A stretch of 64,000 bases of DNA from Octopus sinensis (Eukaryota): contig NC_043003.1 in NCBI RefSeq assembly GCF_006345805.1, forward strand, positions 63,364,001 to 63,428,000, written 5' to 3'. Positions 37,551-51,534 of the stretch are shown here, piece after piece. Each line of letters opens with the position of its first letter. Within the stretch, counting starts at the first letter, position 1. The translations under genes and the position numbers were made by a program. The notes beneath the pieces are model-generated. The model was not told the DNA's origin. It did not search any database and saw only the letters and a list, made by a program, of their open reading frames with translations.

Positions 37551-38507
37551 TATACATATATGTATGTATGTGTGTGTGTATGTATGTATTTTAAAAATTA
37601 AGTATAAAATCTATATTAGATTCTATCAAGTAATTAGCATGCAATCAACTGGTTAAGGTTAAATTAATCAATTTATAGTATATATCAAGGGCAAGCACAT
37701 AGGCGTCTTTTTCTAGTATGTTGACGACTTGTATACGTATTCGCTTGCCCTTGATATATATATATACTATATATAGATAGATATTAATATATATATATAT
37801 ATATATATATAGATATATATATAATATATATATAGATATATAATATATATATAATATATATATAGAATATATAAAACAATACTGGAAGGATAAGAAACGG
37901 AACGAAGCGACGGATCGAAACGAACCCGACGTGAAGCGCTGTCAGACAATAGTGTAATAAATAAAATATATGCATACATACAAACATATATGTACGTACC
38001 TACATCTACATGTATATATACATACATATATAAATATATATACGTGAGTACAGGACACCACAACTAGACGTAGAACTCAACGAGAAACGAAAACGGAAAA
38101 GCCATTTTTTTACAACAGAAAAACAGAGATGTGGAACTGGACGAGAAACGAAAACGGGAAAAACATTTTTTTACAACAGAAAAACAAGGTACAGGACATG
38201 CTACACAAGGAAAAATCCCCAATCATCAGCTGTCACTAGTAGACTCAAGCGTGTTTCGAAGGCAAGACAGGACACAACTCGCCAAAACTAGGCCTTCCTG
38301 CGAGAGAATTAAAATAAAATTACCTCGCAGAGGGGTAAAACAAGCACGAAAAAATGTAACATAAACAGGACGTAACAATAAAACTGCACAATAAAATACA
38401 AGATAAAAATACATGTACAAGAAAATGCAAAACGAGAAATAAAAAGAAAATACAATACGAGAAATAAAATAAACAAGAAAACAAACGAGAAAAGCAAACA
38501 GAAAGGC

Positions 38508-38586
<79 letters not shown>

Positions 38587-39204
38587 CAGAGGTACAATCG
38601 ATGCATTTAGTATGTAAATAAGTCTCAATCATGTTTCTGTTTTCTGCGCAGTCTTGTTTAGTATACTTATCGAGAACCTAGAATGATGTTCCAAATCCCT
38701 AGTAAAGAACTACGAACTACCTACATTTTCTGATCCATCGCTTGCGAGATTTTCACCATGGATTTTACTCACCCATCCAGCTCGAATCAACGCGAAGGAA
38801 TTCTCGAACTTCCTTCTGCTCCACAAACGTCATTATCTTATGATTTTCCTGGGTTTGTACCCGTCTGCACCAATTCACTATGAACTTTCACCCCTTGACC
38901 TTCTTCCTATTATATATTATAATAATATATTATTTCTATTATATATAACAGGAAGCCAAATATGTGTGCGTGTGTTCTCTCGCCTGTTTAAATATGCTGT
39001 AAATGATTCGATGCATTGCGACAACCTGTTCGTAATTTATTCTATTAAACGAAGGTCTCACAATAGTATTTCTACATTTTCTTTTATCTTATCTTTTTGT
39101 TGTTTCGGTCATTAGACTGCAGCCATACTGGGCACCGCTCTGAAGAATTTTTAGTCTGACGAATCGACCCCAGTACTTTTTTGTTGAAACCTGGGATTTA
39201 TTCT

Positions 39205-39590
39205 TTTCTACTCTTGGTAAAAGGCCCGAAATTTTGGGAGAGGGGCCTAGTCGATTAGATCGACCCCAGTGCGCAACAGGTACTTAATTTATTGACCCCG
39301 AAAGGATGAAAGGCAAAGTCGACCTAGGCGGAATTTGAACTCAGAACGTGGAGACAGACGAAATACTTATTTCTTTACTACCCACAAGGGGCTAAACATA
39401 GAGGGGGCAAACAAGGACAGACAAACGGATTAAGTCGATTACATCGACCCCAGTGCGTAACTGGTATTTAATTTATCAACCCCGAAAGGATGAAAGGCAA
39501 AACCCACCTCGGCGGAATTTGAACTCAGAACGTAACGGCAGACGAAATACCGCTAAGCATTTCGCCCGGCGTGCGAACGTTTCTGCCAGC
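39205..39590 (-). mobile_element. Two tandem SINE family A copies
   Basis: Near-consensus cores. Confidence 0.9.
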
Positions 39591-39626
39591 TATATATGTA
39601 GGTATGTACATATATGTATGTATATA

Positions 39627-39688
<62 letters not shown>

Positions 39689-39756
39689 ATATATAACGGG
39701 AAGCTTTATGAAAATAGACAAAAGACGAAGGCAGGTGGAAAACAAACGAACAATTG

Positions 39757-39822
<66 letters not shown>

Positions 39823-39848
39823 CATGCATATGTGTGTGTGTATATATA

Positions 39849-39896
<48 letters not shown>

Positions 39897-39930
39897 TATA
39901 TATATATGTATATATATGTATATATATATG

Positions 39931-39964
<34 letters not shown>

Positions 39965-40449
39965 GTGTATTGTATATATATATATATGTGTGTGTGTGTG
40001 TATATATATATCACGTTTTTTTACGTCCTGTACCCATACATGCATGTGTATATACATATATATGTAAGTATGTATGTATATATGCATATATATATATATT
40101 ATTTATATTATATATATACACACACACAGAGGGAGGTAGAATAACACAAGTAACAGGTGTAAAATTTGAAACAAAAAGTAAACAGGAAAGCAAGTGATAG
40201 CAAATGTCTGAAAAGCGTAGAAATATAAAGCGGAAAAATCGGACCCCGTGAAAAGTGTACAATAAAGCTTAATATGCCAACGGGTAAAATAGAAAGGAAC
40301 TTGATGTGATAATCTTTTATCAAAGAAAATAAAAAATGAATTAATTTACGTCTGTCCCCTCAATATTTTTATTGTCACCAATATCATGATTACTTGTTGA
40401 GTATAAATTAAGGGGTTTCATTCTTTCCTCAAGAACCCAAGTTCGGCTG

Positions 40450-40780
40450 GAGTTGGGTTGGTACGTATCCTGTTGATCCAATAATTATAGGTATGAAACT
40501 GAATGTGTATCTTGAGCCCTGGGTTTGCAAACTTCTTACCAATGGTCCATTGACGTTTTCTTTCACCTGCATTTTTCTTACCACGCCGGTCTCCAGAGGA
40601 CTGCAGATTTCCACAAAAGAGCACATTTTCCTTGTGCTCTCTCAAAAACGTGTGAGAGTATTCTGCAATTTGCTCGAATATCGCGATTCGCTGGAATTCC
40701 CTCCCATGATCAACAAATCTAACCAATCGCGACTTCGCCCGGAAAGTATATTGCCCACGTGATCGACATGATCTAGCCAA
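40450..40780 (-). pseudogene. Possible decayed PLE GIY-YIG C-terminus
   Basis: FLREHKENV and ERKRQWTIGKKFANPGL loosely resemble R..EH and E..WI....PGLN. Weak. Confidence 0.3.
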
Positions 40781-41589
40781 TTATAACTTCCCGTGGAATA
40801 GGCTCCAGCGACAAATAGCAACTTTTGGTGCGCTCCTTTCTGAGTTTCTCGATTGGTATAAAATTAACACACGTGGCCAACTGGCTGTGTTTTAACTTTG
40901 TGACTCTTTCAAATTTTAAATTCCACCGACATTGTTTTGATCCATCGGCTCCAATATAGTCAACTTTGTTGATACTTTCATTTTCCTAATTCTGTTCCAG
41001 ACTGTTCTGGCCACCACATCATGCCTCATTGAATATAAAACATTCATTTGCTGTTAGCAAACGAATTTCCATGTATATAACGAACGTTCAGCGCATTACA
41101 AAATATTTAGGAAATAGCCAGGAAATATATACTAAATCTCTTACATCAGTACTGATGTATTGTTAAACAGGCATGTTGAGAAAGTCACAAACGATGGGCC
41201 CTCTGTCGTTAATGATGTAATGAGTGAACGACTGGCAGAAAATCAGTCTTTGCTAAAATAACATTTCCAGACATCATAACTTCCAGCCAATTTTACCAGT
41301 TAATGGGCATCCAGTCAAAAAAGACATCATTCACGGCTACTTTTAAAACTTATAGTTACACACTTTGTGAAAGAATATAGATGTTGGGTATCTGAACGAC
41401 ATTTTGGCCCATTGCCAATTGAGAAGTACAGCTCGGGAATGGCGAAAAACAAAAGGAAAAACTTGCCTACTTTAAAGTAAAACGAATTGTAATTTTTGTA
41501 CAGGAATTGTTAAGTGGTTGTAGTTAACAGAAAAGTTAGAAAGCTGAATAATTGAAAGGCGTTTAAAGTTCTATTAAAAACGATAACAA

Positions 41590-41610
41590 TGCTGCTGCTG
41601 CTGCAACTAT

Positions 41611-41652
<42 letters not shown>

Positions 41653-41729
41653 CACCTGCACTACTACTACCACCACCACCACCACCACTACTACTACTAC
41701 TACCACTACTACCACCACCACCACCACTA

Positions 41730-41772
<43 letters not shown>

Positions 41773-41939
41773 CACTACCACTACCACTACTACCACCACT
41801 ACTACTGCCACCACCACTACTACCTCCACTACTACTACCACCACTACTATTACCACCACCACCACCACTACCACCACCACCACCACCACCACCACCTCCA
41901 CCGCCACCACCACCACCACCACCACCACTACTACTACTT

Positions 41940-41974
<35 letters not shown>

Positions 41975-42035
41975 GATAATAATAATAATAATGCTGTTGC
42001 TGCTGCTGCCACTGATGATGATGATGATGATGACG
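41590..42035. repeat. (CTA)/(CCA)/(TAA)/(GAT) compound trinucleotide microsatellite
   Basis: Direct reading. It explains the poly-V and poly-L/P ORFs. Confidence 0.95.
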
Positions 42036-42330
42036 ATTTGGAAATCAGAAGACTGTGGTCATTGAAGAAAGTGAGTGTTATAGCTGTTTTGGTTGGAGCT
42101 TTGGGTTTTGTAAGTACCAAGCTCGCACTGTGGATTGAAAAGATAGGAGTAAAAGGGAAGATAGAGCATCTACAGCAAAAAGTGCTGCGTGGAACGGCAC
42201 GAATCCTTCGCAGAGTCTTCGAAATCTGAATGAAGAGCGTTATCTTAATCCGCTGGTTGTGGAAACCAGTCGCGTTGTTACATTCTCCAGCAAAGTTGCT
42301 GTGTTAAGCAAGATTTATAATAATAATAAT
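42035..42330 (+). mobile_element. 3' end of an R4/Dong-like non-LTR retrotransposon with a (TAA)n tail
   Basis: EIRRLWSLKKVSVIAVLVGALG...LQQKVLRGTARILRRVFEI*, followed by ttataataataataat. Confidence 0.75.
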
Positions 42331-42331
42331 C

Positions 42332-42540
42332 CCTTCTACTAAAGGCAAAAAAGCCTGATATTTGAGGGGAGGAGATAGTCGATTACATCGACCCCAGTAC
42401 TCGACTGGTATTTATTTTATCGATCCCGAAAAGGTGAAAGGCAAAGTCGACCACGGAGGAATTTGAACTCTGAACATGAAGACCGAAGAACTATCTTTAA
42501 GCATTTCGCCCGACGTGCTAACGATTCTGCCAGCACGCCG
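42332..42540 (-). mobile_element. SINE family A
   Basis: Core match. Confidence 0.85.
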
Positions 42541-42904
42541 CGTTGACACAGGAAGAATATAAGAAATGGAGGCACGACCAGGTGGTAAAAGCTTAACACT
42601 GGAAGCTTTGCCAGAAATGAGGATTTGAAGCCGGAGTAATCGAGTCGAAAGTCTACTTGAGTCGGAGAAATGTAAGATTTTGTGAAACTTTCCTATTCAA
42701 ACGGACAAGAAGTTCGAAAATGATAGACTGAACATAACAATTATAGATAAGCGAAAAAGCGAAATAGCTTACTGATCGATTCATTATGCCCGTTTAATTC
42801 CAGGATCATAAAGAAGGAGGACAAAAATAATAAAAAAAAAAACAATCTCTTAAAATTTGATATAGAAAGAATTTAAAACATACGAACAGTTAACGTCCTG
42901 CTTA

Positions 42905-43060
42905 AAATATTTGGTGCGTTACGAACAGTAAGCAAAGATATAGAGATATAGACAAATTACTGAAGAAGATTGGTATAGAATACCCTGTAGAGCCCCTACA
43001 GAAAGTTTGTATCTTAGGGACAGCAAGGGTTACCAGGAGGGTTCTAAGGACTTGAAAGAC
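42905..43060 (+). pseudogene. Second R4/Dong-like C-terminal fragment
   Basis: FGALRTVSK...LKKIGIEYPVEPLQKVCILGTARVTRRVL. Confidence 0.7.
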
Positions 43061-44543
43061 AGCTGAGAATTGTGGATACCTAATGTTTAAGATAGTCACC
43101 TGCTACCCACATAAATCCTACCAGGAATAAGACCGAACCTCAGTCTGACCAAATAATAGGGAACTTTTGAGCGGGATGGGCTACTCAACCTGATGAGCCC
43201 CACCTGCAAGGTCATGCGCTGTTTATCTTCACTGCTACTTAATTTATCGACCCCGAAAGGATGAAAGGCAAAGTCGACCTCGGCGGAATTTGAACTCAGA
43301 ACCTAAAGACAGACAAAATACCGCCAAGTATTTTCCCCCGACGTGCTAACGTTTCTGCAGCTCGCCGCCTTTCCGTTATTTGTCCAATAATCTTATATAC
43401 ACAATCTGGAATTCCTCCCGCTGATTGCAGAATGCAAACCAATCTACTGTGTAGGGCCCAACTTTCCATTTCTTCAGTAATTAGTTTCGCTTCATTTAAA
43501 ATTTCTTTTTTTTTTTTATTATTCATAAATCTTCAAGGTCGTTAAAAAACGACTCTAAATTTAAGACTTCTATATTCGCTGTAACATCTCATGTCTGAAC
43601 AATCTGACTTCTGCCGAAGCTCTGTATAAGGAAATCCACTTCCGCTGATGTAATAAGAATGTAACTGATGACATGTAATTGGATGACATGTAATTGTATT
43701 TTCTGACTTCATTAACAGTTTTTGATGCGGGTTTGAACGACAGAATTTTCTTTAGTGCGTGTCGTATCGTAGAAAGAATGACTGCAAATGGTCTCACGTA
43801 TGGCATTTGGCCATTCCAACAAGCACCGTAGAAAACGTGGATTGATTCGCTCACACTCTTTGAGAAGAGCTACATTTCTCAGGAAATCTGCTTCCGTGCA
43901 GCATGCTACAGAACTGAATCTGCCTAAGTTTAGTTAAAATGAGGCAAAAATGGACAATACATGTACAACGAATTGACAGCAAAACCGTGCTTTTGAAGGT
44001 CATTATATTTGCCAGACATGTTGAGAGCGTAATCATTATCCTGTCCAAAATAATATCTAACAAGTATCCCAGAATGCTTGTTAATCTCAGTCCCCATCTA
44101 ATTATAGCAGTCAATAAAGGTTAACAATCCTTCTTGAAATGCAAATTCATCTAACAGCCTTCACCTAATAACGGTTGGTAAAATTATCTGCTCCCTATGA
44201 ACGAATTCCCACTTTCCATCAACAATGATTAGATAATATTTTGTAGCTCTTGTTTAGCCCAAAATGTTATTCCGAACACGATCCGCACAGTTACTGATAA
44301 ATTCAATTTAAAATGTCCACGAGAGATAGTGAACTTGAAGTCGTTCATCTATTCCTTGTGAAACTCTTATCATTGGAACATATTCTGCCAGAACTCGATC
44401 GTTATGGGGTTCAACTAAGTATAAATAATCAAAGGTTTTAAAACTTAGTAATACTCTCAGTGATACTAAACATGATTCCCTACAAGTGGGACGTTTTAGA
44501 GACAATATAGGCTCCCGGACAAATCAATGCACTTTGCCCTGCA

Positions 44544-44581
<38 letters not shown>

Positions 44582-44794
44582 ACAGTTAGCTACAGCATAT
44601 ATCGATTATAATTGGGCCTCTCGACGCATGTCGGCCCCACGGCAACTTCCCAATGTGTTCATGCTTTAAGATGGTACTGCCTACATGAATCAAAGACAGA
44701 AAAGCAGCAATAGAATTACTGACTATGATGAGAAAAGCGTTTTTTCTTTTTAGAATAAAGAGTAAAATAACTTAACAAAAGCTTCCTTGCTACA

Positions 44795-45225
44795 AAAAGG
44801 CGGCGAGCTGGAAGAATCGTTAACGTATCGGATAAAATGCATAGCGGTGTCTATTCCGACTTTATGCTTTGATTTTAAATGCCACCGAGGTTGACTTTGT
44901 CTTTCGCCCTTTCAAGGATGATAAAATAAGTACCAGTTGAACACTGGGGTCAATGTTATCGACTTACCTCCACGCCTCGAAATTGCTGGCTTGTATCGAA
45001 ACTTTGGACCAATATTATGCAATAAAAAGGCTGCGGGCTGGTAACATCGTTAGGCCGTCGATCTAAATGCTTAAAGACATTTCTTCCGGCTCTTTATGTT
45101 CTTAGATCAAATTTCACCACGGTCATCTTTGCCTTTCATTCTTTCTGGGTCGATAAAATAAAGTACTAGGCAAATACTGGAGTAGATATAATTGATTTTC
45201 CCTCTCCAATCAAAACTGCTGGCCT
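44795..45225 (+). mobile_element. Two older SINE family A copies
   Basis: ggcggcgagctggaagaatcgttaacg head and diverged cores. Confidence 0.7.
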
Positions 45226-45531
45226 TCAGTTATAATTTGCAACGAAAAAAATTCCTCTTTTCTTTTTCCAGGTTATGTGCTGTTCTCTTCTTTGTTATTC
45301 TACACAGCCAGGTACCGGATTTACTCGCGTATAAGCCGCACCCCTAATTTACTGTTAAATCTTGGTAGAAAATTATTTTCATACATAATTTTAGCTTTGC
45401 CCTGGGTATAAGTTGCACTCTAGTTTTATTGAATTAAAATCAAATATATAATAGCATAACTCATACATTTTGAACCAATATTATGCAATAAAAAGGCTGC
45501 GGGCTGGTATCATCGTTAGGCCGTCGATGCC

Positions 45532-45823
45532 TACAGTCCAGCCCTTGCACCATCAGATTACTACCTTTACTGAGCCATGGCTCATTTCCTGCACGGACGG
45601 AGATTCAACAAAATAGATGAGGTTGAAAACGGGTGCAGGAAGTTTTGGGCCTGTGAAGTAACCATGTAATAAAAGCACAGAATTGAACTATTGGCACGAC
45701 GTTGGCAAGAGACAATAGAATATGATGGGAAATACTTTGATGGATAATTGCTTTTTGCGGTGTAATTTATTTGATCCGTTAATTAAAATTTGAAATACGA
45801 ACAAACTTTTGACTCAACCTGGT
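45532..45823 (+). pseudogene. mariner transposase 3' fragment with right TIR
   Basis: YSPALAPSDYYL...HFLHGRRFNKIDEVEN...IELLARRWQETIEYDGKYFDG*, ending aacttttgactcaacctgg. Confidence 0.8.
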
Positions 45824-46084
45824 GTCCTGTGTTCGATACACCTCCAGTTCACACACTTTCATGTTTTATTCTCCAGTCGTCTGGAAACCAATAACTGTAC
45901 GCCATTTCCCTGCAACTGTTAAAAAACATCAACCTCGTCTATTTCACTCGTCTTGGAGAGATTGCGATGGCCATGGTGCCGTGATCACAGTCCTTTACTC
46001 AAGACCAAACCAATAAAGGATTTTTCATATTCCCCTATTTAATTCAAACCGTAAATGTAATATATTTTATACTTTACCTTTTCT

Positions 46085-46600
46085 TTTAGTCACTGGACTG
46101 CGGCCATGCTGGGGCACCACCCTGAAGGGCTTAGCCGAATAAATCAATCTCAGTACTGTTTTTTTTTTTTAAACCGCTAAATTTTGGGGACGTAAAAAAA
46201 TCAACACCAATTGCCAAGCGTGAGGAAAACAAGCAAACACACACACTCACACACATACATTATATGTGTGTGCAGGGCCGGCCCTCGGATTGTTGGCGTT
46301 CCGGGTGAGCTGAACTTCGACGTGTGCAAGGTGACGGTCGTGGAAATTTCCTTGTCTTTGTCATACCCTCCTTGGCGACCCCTAGCACATGGCGCCTCGA
46401 GCGACTGTCCGAGTTGCCGGTAACTTGAACCAGCCCTGTGAGTGTGTGTGTGTGTGTCTGTGTGTACAGGCTGAGCTTCCTTCAGTACTCATAAGGCTTT
46501 GGTCGACCCTGGGCTATAGTAGAAGACATTTGCCTAAAGTGCCGCCCAGTAGGACTGAACCCGGCACCATGTAGTTTGGAAATAAACCACTCACCACATT
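46085..46600 (-). mobile_element. SINE family B with a nested hAT-like MITE (46272-46438)
   Basis: SINE B body and head. The insert has cagggccggccct/gaaccagccctg ends. Confidence 0.65.
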
Positions 46601-46656
46601 ACCACGCCAGAGAATTGCTAATGCAAAAGATCAATCGTGAACGTACTCGTAGTTTC

Positions 46657-46689
<33 letters not shown>

Positions 46690-47040
46690 ATTTATAACTG
46701 GTGCGTTAAGACAAGATAATTCCATCTGAAGCTGTATTGTGTTAGCTAAAAATTTATATATATATATATTCTACGCATGAATATCTGTATCACTGTTTAT
46801 CTGTCCGTGATCCTCTGTGATTCTATGTGAGTGCGTGAGTGTCGGAAATTGCAGCTACACCGGCATGTCAAACAAAAATATCTTTTATTTTACTGAAGTT
46901 GTTCAGATACTTTCTTGTCACTCTCGTTCTCGAAAATGCTGTGAATAAAATGACTAACAAGTTGAAAAAAAAAAAAAAAAGAAAGCTAACATACCTAACG
47001 ACGCTATTGTTCACAAATGCACGACATAAAAATGGTTAGA

Positions 47041-47079
<39 letters not shown>

Positions 47080-47556
47080 ATGACAATATAATATGCTAAA
47101 CATGATAGATTGTTATTTATGTTCAACAAAATTTATAATACAGTAAAATATTCATGTAATGTAAGTATAACCACTTTAAAACTCCAGCCATAAATTTCTA
47201 TTAACTGGCATTAAGCTTGAGTGTGGTAGGTTGGGTTCTACAGTTGTATCAGTATTTGATTTATGCAATAATATTATAGATTGCTATCTTGGTGTTCCTG
47301 CCGACAATTACATACTGAGATTGGACATATATGCATGTATATATATATATATATATTAATATATATATATATATATTATATATAGATATATATATATATA
47401 TAATATAATATATATATTATATATATATATTATATATATATATTATATATATATATATATATATATGTATACATATATATATATATATAATATATATATA
47501 TATAATATATATATTATACATATATATATATTATATACATATATATATATATATAC

Positions 47557-47589
<33 letters not shown>

Positions 47590-47604
47590 TATATATATAT
47601 ATAT

Positions 47605-47655
<51 letters not shown>

Positions 47656-47692
47656 ATATATATATATTATATATATATATATACATACATAC

Positions 47693-47724
<32 letters not shown>

Positions 47725-48070
47725 TTCGTATGTGTGTATGTATATGTATACGTATAGATGTGCAGGTATATGTTTATGAATGATATGTATATGTGTTACA
47801 TAATATTATTCACTTAAAATCATCGATGTTGGTGATTGATATTAACCAGCTTTAAATCGACGCTGACATTTTCACTCGATTATAAAGGTTTATATATAAC
47901 GATATTACTTAGCATGTGTAACATATTATAATTAAATTGCAAACAAGTTGTTTATTAAAATTCGTTTTCTTTCGTTATGCGTATGTGCACGAGGGTGTGT
48001 GTGTGTGTCAGAATATATTTGAGCTGACTGAATATATATATACATATATTATATATATATATATATATAT

Positions 48071-48109
<39 letters not shown>

Positions 48110-48112
<3 letters not shown>

Positions 48113-48261
48113 CCGTTGAAATTTACAAGTTTTTTCATTCTCTCTCTTTATTTTTTCTTATTCCTTTCTGTTGAAGAGCATAGGCTCGAAACGTAAAAGA
48201 CTTTTTCATTTTTCCCGAGCGTCAAACTAACACGCTTGTTGTTCATACACTTGTCTTCATC

Positions 48262-48270
<9 letters not shown>
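48110..48270 (+). mobile_element. Family C-related HHR element; motif at 48164-48199 with an A6U core change
   Basis: CUUU-CUGUUGA-A-GAGC-AUAG-GCUC-GAAAC-GUA-AAAG. Stem I covaries relative to other copies. Confidence 0.6.
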
Positions 48271-48324
<54 letters not shown>

Positions 48325-48326
<2 letters not shown>

Positions 48327-48472
48327 GAGTAAGCACATACATGTGAAACAAGGTGGAAAAAAAGAGTACTCAAATACCAGAGGTAGAGAGTAATAACAAA
48401 ACTGTCCGACGAACGGGAACGTGAAACTCTGAGTAACAGCTTTTGTTATATTTCTGCTGCTTTTAAATAAAG
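48325..48472 (+). mobile_element. 148-bp (TA)n-embedded element with an HHR motif at 48402-48439 (family B)
   Basis: CUGU-CCGACGA-ACG-GGAA-CGU-GAAAC-UCUGA-GUA-ACAG. A near-identical copy lies at 51341-51488. Confidence 0.75.
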
Positions 48473-48479
48473 TATATAT

Positions 48480-48513
<34 letters not shown>

Positions 48514-48541
48514 ATATATATATATAGATATATATATATAT

Positions 48542-48586
<45 letters not shown>

Positions 48587-48593
48587 AGAAGAT

Positions 48594-48645
<52 letters not shown>

Positions 48646-48679
48646 TACATAATCAACCATATATACTTAACGTATAAGT

Positions 48680-49250
48680 AGAGTGTATTTGCCGGTAGGG
48701 TGCGACAAGGTGCCGCGGAGAATGCTCTCTCAAAATGCAGAGGGTTAAAACACCTGAAAGTCGTGGAGAGGTGAGATAACTCAGCTCTGAACTCGTCTGG
48801 GAATGATGGACATCGATGTTTTATCACTTTTATGACTTAACAACATCACGTACCCGAAGAGGATTGGAGATAAATCACATCGCCATCCCACAGCCTATAT
48901 GCATATAGCGCGCACACCATGTACAGGTATGCCCAGACCATCTTACATACAGATACATTCAAATATGAAAAAGAAGCAGCGCTAGCATAATATACATTAT
49001 CAGCCACATAGACTTAACGAATACGCTACGTATATTTGGCAGTAGACAACGATTTGGCATGGTGGCGAATACTCTCTCAAAGTTCCGTGGGAAAAAATCG
49101 ATGTCCATCACTCCTAGATGGATTGAGTTGAGCTATCTCGCCGGTTCATAACTTTCAGATGTTTTAATACACGGCACTCCGAGAGAATATTTTCCATCGT
49201 ACCTAACCGCAACCTGACGGGAAATACACGTAGCATATATACGTTTAGGA
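48680..49250 (-). pseudogene. Probable Penelope-like RT C-terminal/thumb remnant
   Basis: YLNVSVCK (FLDV-like) and DEFRAELSHLSTTFRCFNPLHFERAFSAA (EL..L...F..RGYP...I.RA-like). Heavily decayed. Confidence 0.45.
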
Positions 49251-49279
49251 TAAGTGGCCGGAAATGTTTATTTCAATAG

Positions 49280-49520
49280 CGCTGCCGCTATGTGTGTGTG
49301 TGTCTGTGTGCGTGTGTGTTTTTGTGGATATTGGCGATTTTTTTCCTCCGTCTTCCTTTTCTCTTGGACTTTCCTCTGTCTTCTGTTTCTAATGAAGAGC
49401 TTTGCTCGAAACGTAAAACACCCTTTCTTTTCTTCCCTGAGCGTCTTTTAATACTTTTCGTGTACCACGTCCTCACGCTGTTGATTTTTCTTGTGTTTTT
49501 TCTTCGTTTTATGGGGGATT
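49280..49520 (+). mobile_element. Family C HHR element; motif at 49384-49420 with a G5A core change
   Basis: UGUUU-CUAAUGA-A-GAGC-UUU-GCUC-GAAAC-GUA-AAACA. Confidence 0.7.
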
Positions 49521-49759
49521 AATTATATATATATATAAAGAGAGAGAGAGAGAGTGAGTAAGAGAAAAATAGATATATCTAATACAACGTAAATTCCTGC
49601 TTTATTAGGATTATCTCAACCTCTTGAGGGTGTCATAATGATCAAATACTAATTATGATTACTTTCACATGAGAAGGAGAAATAACCTCACGAATTGAGA
49701 ATTCTCCAAATTTGACACGCCATTAAGGAAAATATAGGTTTGCTGTCTGGAGACAAGAC

Positions 49760-49812
49760 AACCGTATAGACGTGTTTCTGGCTTAGAGGCCGTCATCGGC
49801 ACGAGAGTTGTC
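49760..49812 (-). ncRNA. Degenerate type I HHR-like motif
   Basis: GACAAC..CGUG-CCGAUGA-CGGC-CUCUAA-GCCA-GAAAC-AC-GUC-UAUACG-GUUGUC. Confidence 0.45.
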
Positions 49813-50138
49813 TACAGTGGCGAAAGGACTTGAACTGATGCAAAAAGGATTCAAGCGTATATACGGCGTTAGTAATTTACATAACTTAAACAAAAGTGAG
49901 TGATGTAAAATAACTCGTAGTACCCAGTGGCTTCTATCTAAATAACAGACAAAATACAAATATATTTCATACCAAACGACAGAAATTCCTGATTTTCCGA
50001 AATTATTTCCACTTTATTTGTATTTCATTAGAATTTTGTTTAAACGAAATTTCAAAGAAACACAAATTTATAAACACACGCGCGTGAACAAACGTGTGCG
50101 CGCGCACACACACAGAGATAGACAGTCACAGACAGACA

Positions 50139-50214
<76 letters not shown>

Positions 50215-50291
50215 ACAAACTCAAATAAGAGATATTTCATTTGTCGAAACAATATCAAAAGCATTCGGCCATTCGTTAAAATATATAATAT

Positions 50292-50506
50292 TCTTTTCTA
50301 CTCTAGGCACAAGGCCCGAAATCTTTGGGGAGGTGGGCAGTCGATTAGATCGCCTCCAGTACTCAACTGGTACTTAATTTATCGACCCCGAAAGGATGAA
50401 AGGCAAAGTCGACCTCGGCGGAATTTGAACTCAGAACATAAAGACAGACGAAATACTGCTAAGCATTTCGCTCGGTGTTGCTGACGTTTCTGCCAGTTCG
50501 CCGCCT
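50292..50506 (-). mobile_element. SINE family A
   Basis: Near-consensus sequence. Confidence 0.9.
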
Positions 50507-50852
50507 TCGAACCATATAATATTACTATAGATAGGAACCATTCATAAAGAAACTCTCAACCGCCACCACTACCACCACCACTACCATCACCACCACTGCC
50601 ATCATCATCTTCACTCCCACCGCCACCACCACCACTACCACTATCAACTCCATCACCCCACGCATATTATCTTGCTCCTTAACCACTGAGAAAACAAATA
50701 CCCTTCCAAGATCTAGACAAAAGCACAAAACCAAACATACACACACACACACATACACACGCGCACACACTCATCCATCTACACAAGCACACTTGAAGAA
50801 CATATTTCTTTGAAGAAATGCCAGTAAGTAAAATTCTCAAGAAATACAAATT

Positions 50853-50919
<67 letters not shown>

Positions 50920-51340
50920 CCACACACACACACACTAACACACACTAACACAAACACACAAACACACACACAGTTATTTGTCCAAAACAAAATTCCATAA
51001 AGAACAGATGCTTTCACAAAACAATCCCTTAGACATTACTCAGTCGTGATAAGCACCATTCATTAGCGACATAGTTAATTGGCAACCTTAATTATTTTTT
51101 TCAAATAAGCCCTCTCAAAAATATAAATTCAGCAAAAAAAAAAAGCTTTACGTACACAAGAAAAATAAGTAAATAGATAAAACTATATAGTGCAAGAATG
51201 AAATATGCAAAGATGCCAACCACCAACTCAACAACAAATCATAACAAGGTACTAACCCCTCCCAACTCACAATTGCAAGAAACACCACACCACAAAAATA
51301 ACACATACAACCAATATATATATATATATATATATATATA

Positions 51341-51488
51341 CCGGAGTAAGCACATACATGTGAAACAAGGTGGAAAAAAAGAGTACTCAAATACCAGAGG
51401 TAGAGTAATAACAAAACTGTCCGACGAAAGGGAACGTGAAACTCTGAGTAACAGCTTTTGTTATATTTCTGCTGCTTTTAAATAAAGT
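51341..51488 (+). mobile_element. Second copy of the family B HHR element (motif 51417-51454)
   Basis: Nearly identical to 48325-48472, with one stem II mismatch. Confidence 0.75.
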
Positions 51489-51534
51489 ATATATATATAT
51501 ATATATTATATATATATATATACTTCGTCTAATC

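Noticed and set aside
43185-43225. cctgatgagcccc (CUGAUGA core)
   Set aside because: No downstream GAAA or helix III. It lies in a LINE/SINE tail.
43570-44520. Possible decayed Tc1-like transposase on the minus strand (STIRHALKKILSFKP)
   Set aside because: Only one weak motif was seen, with no DDE or TIR support.
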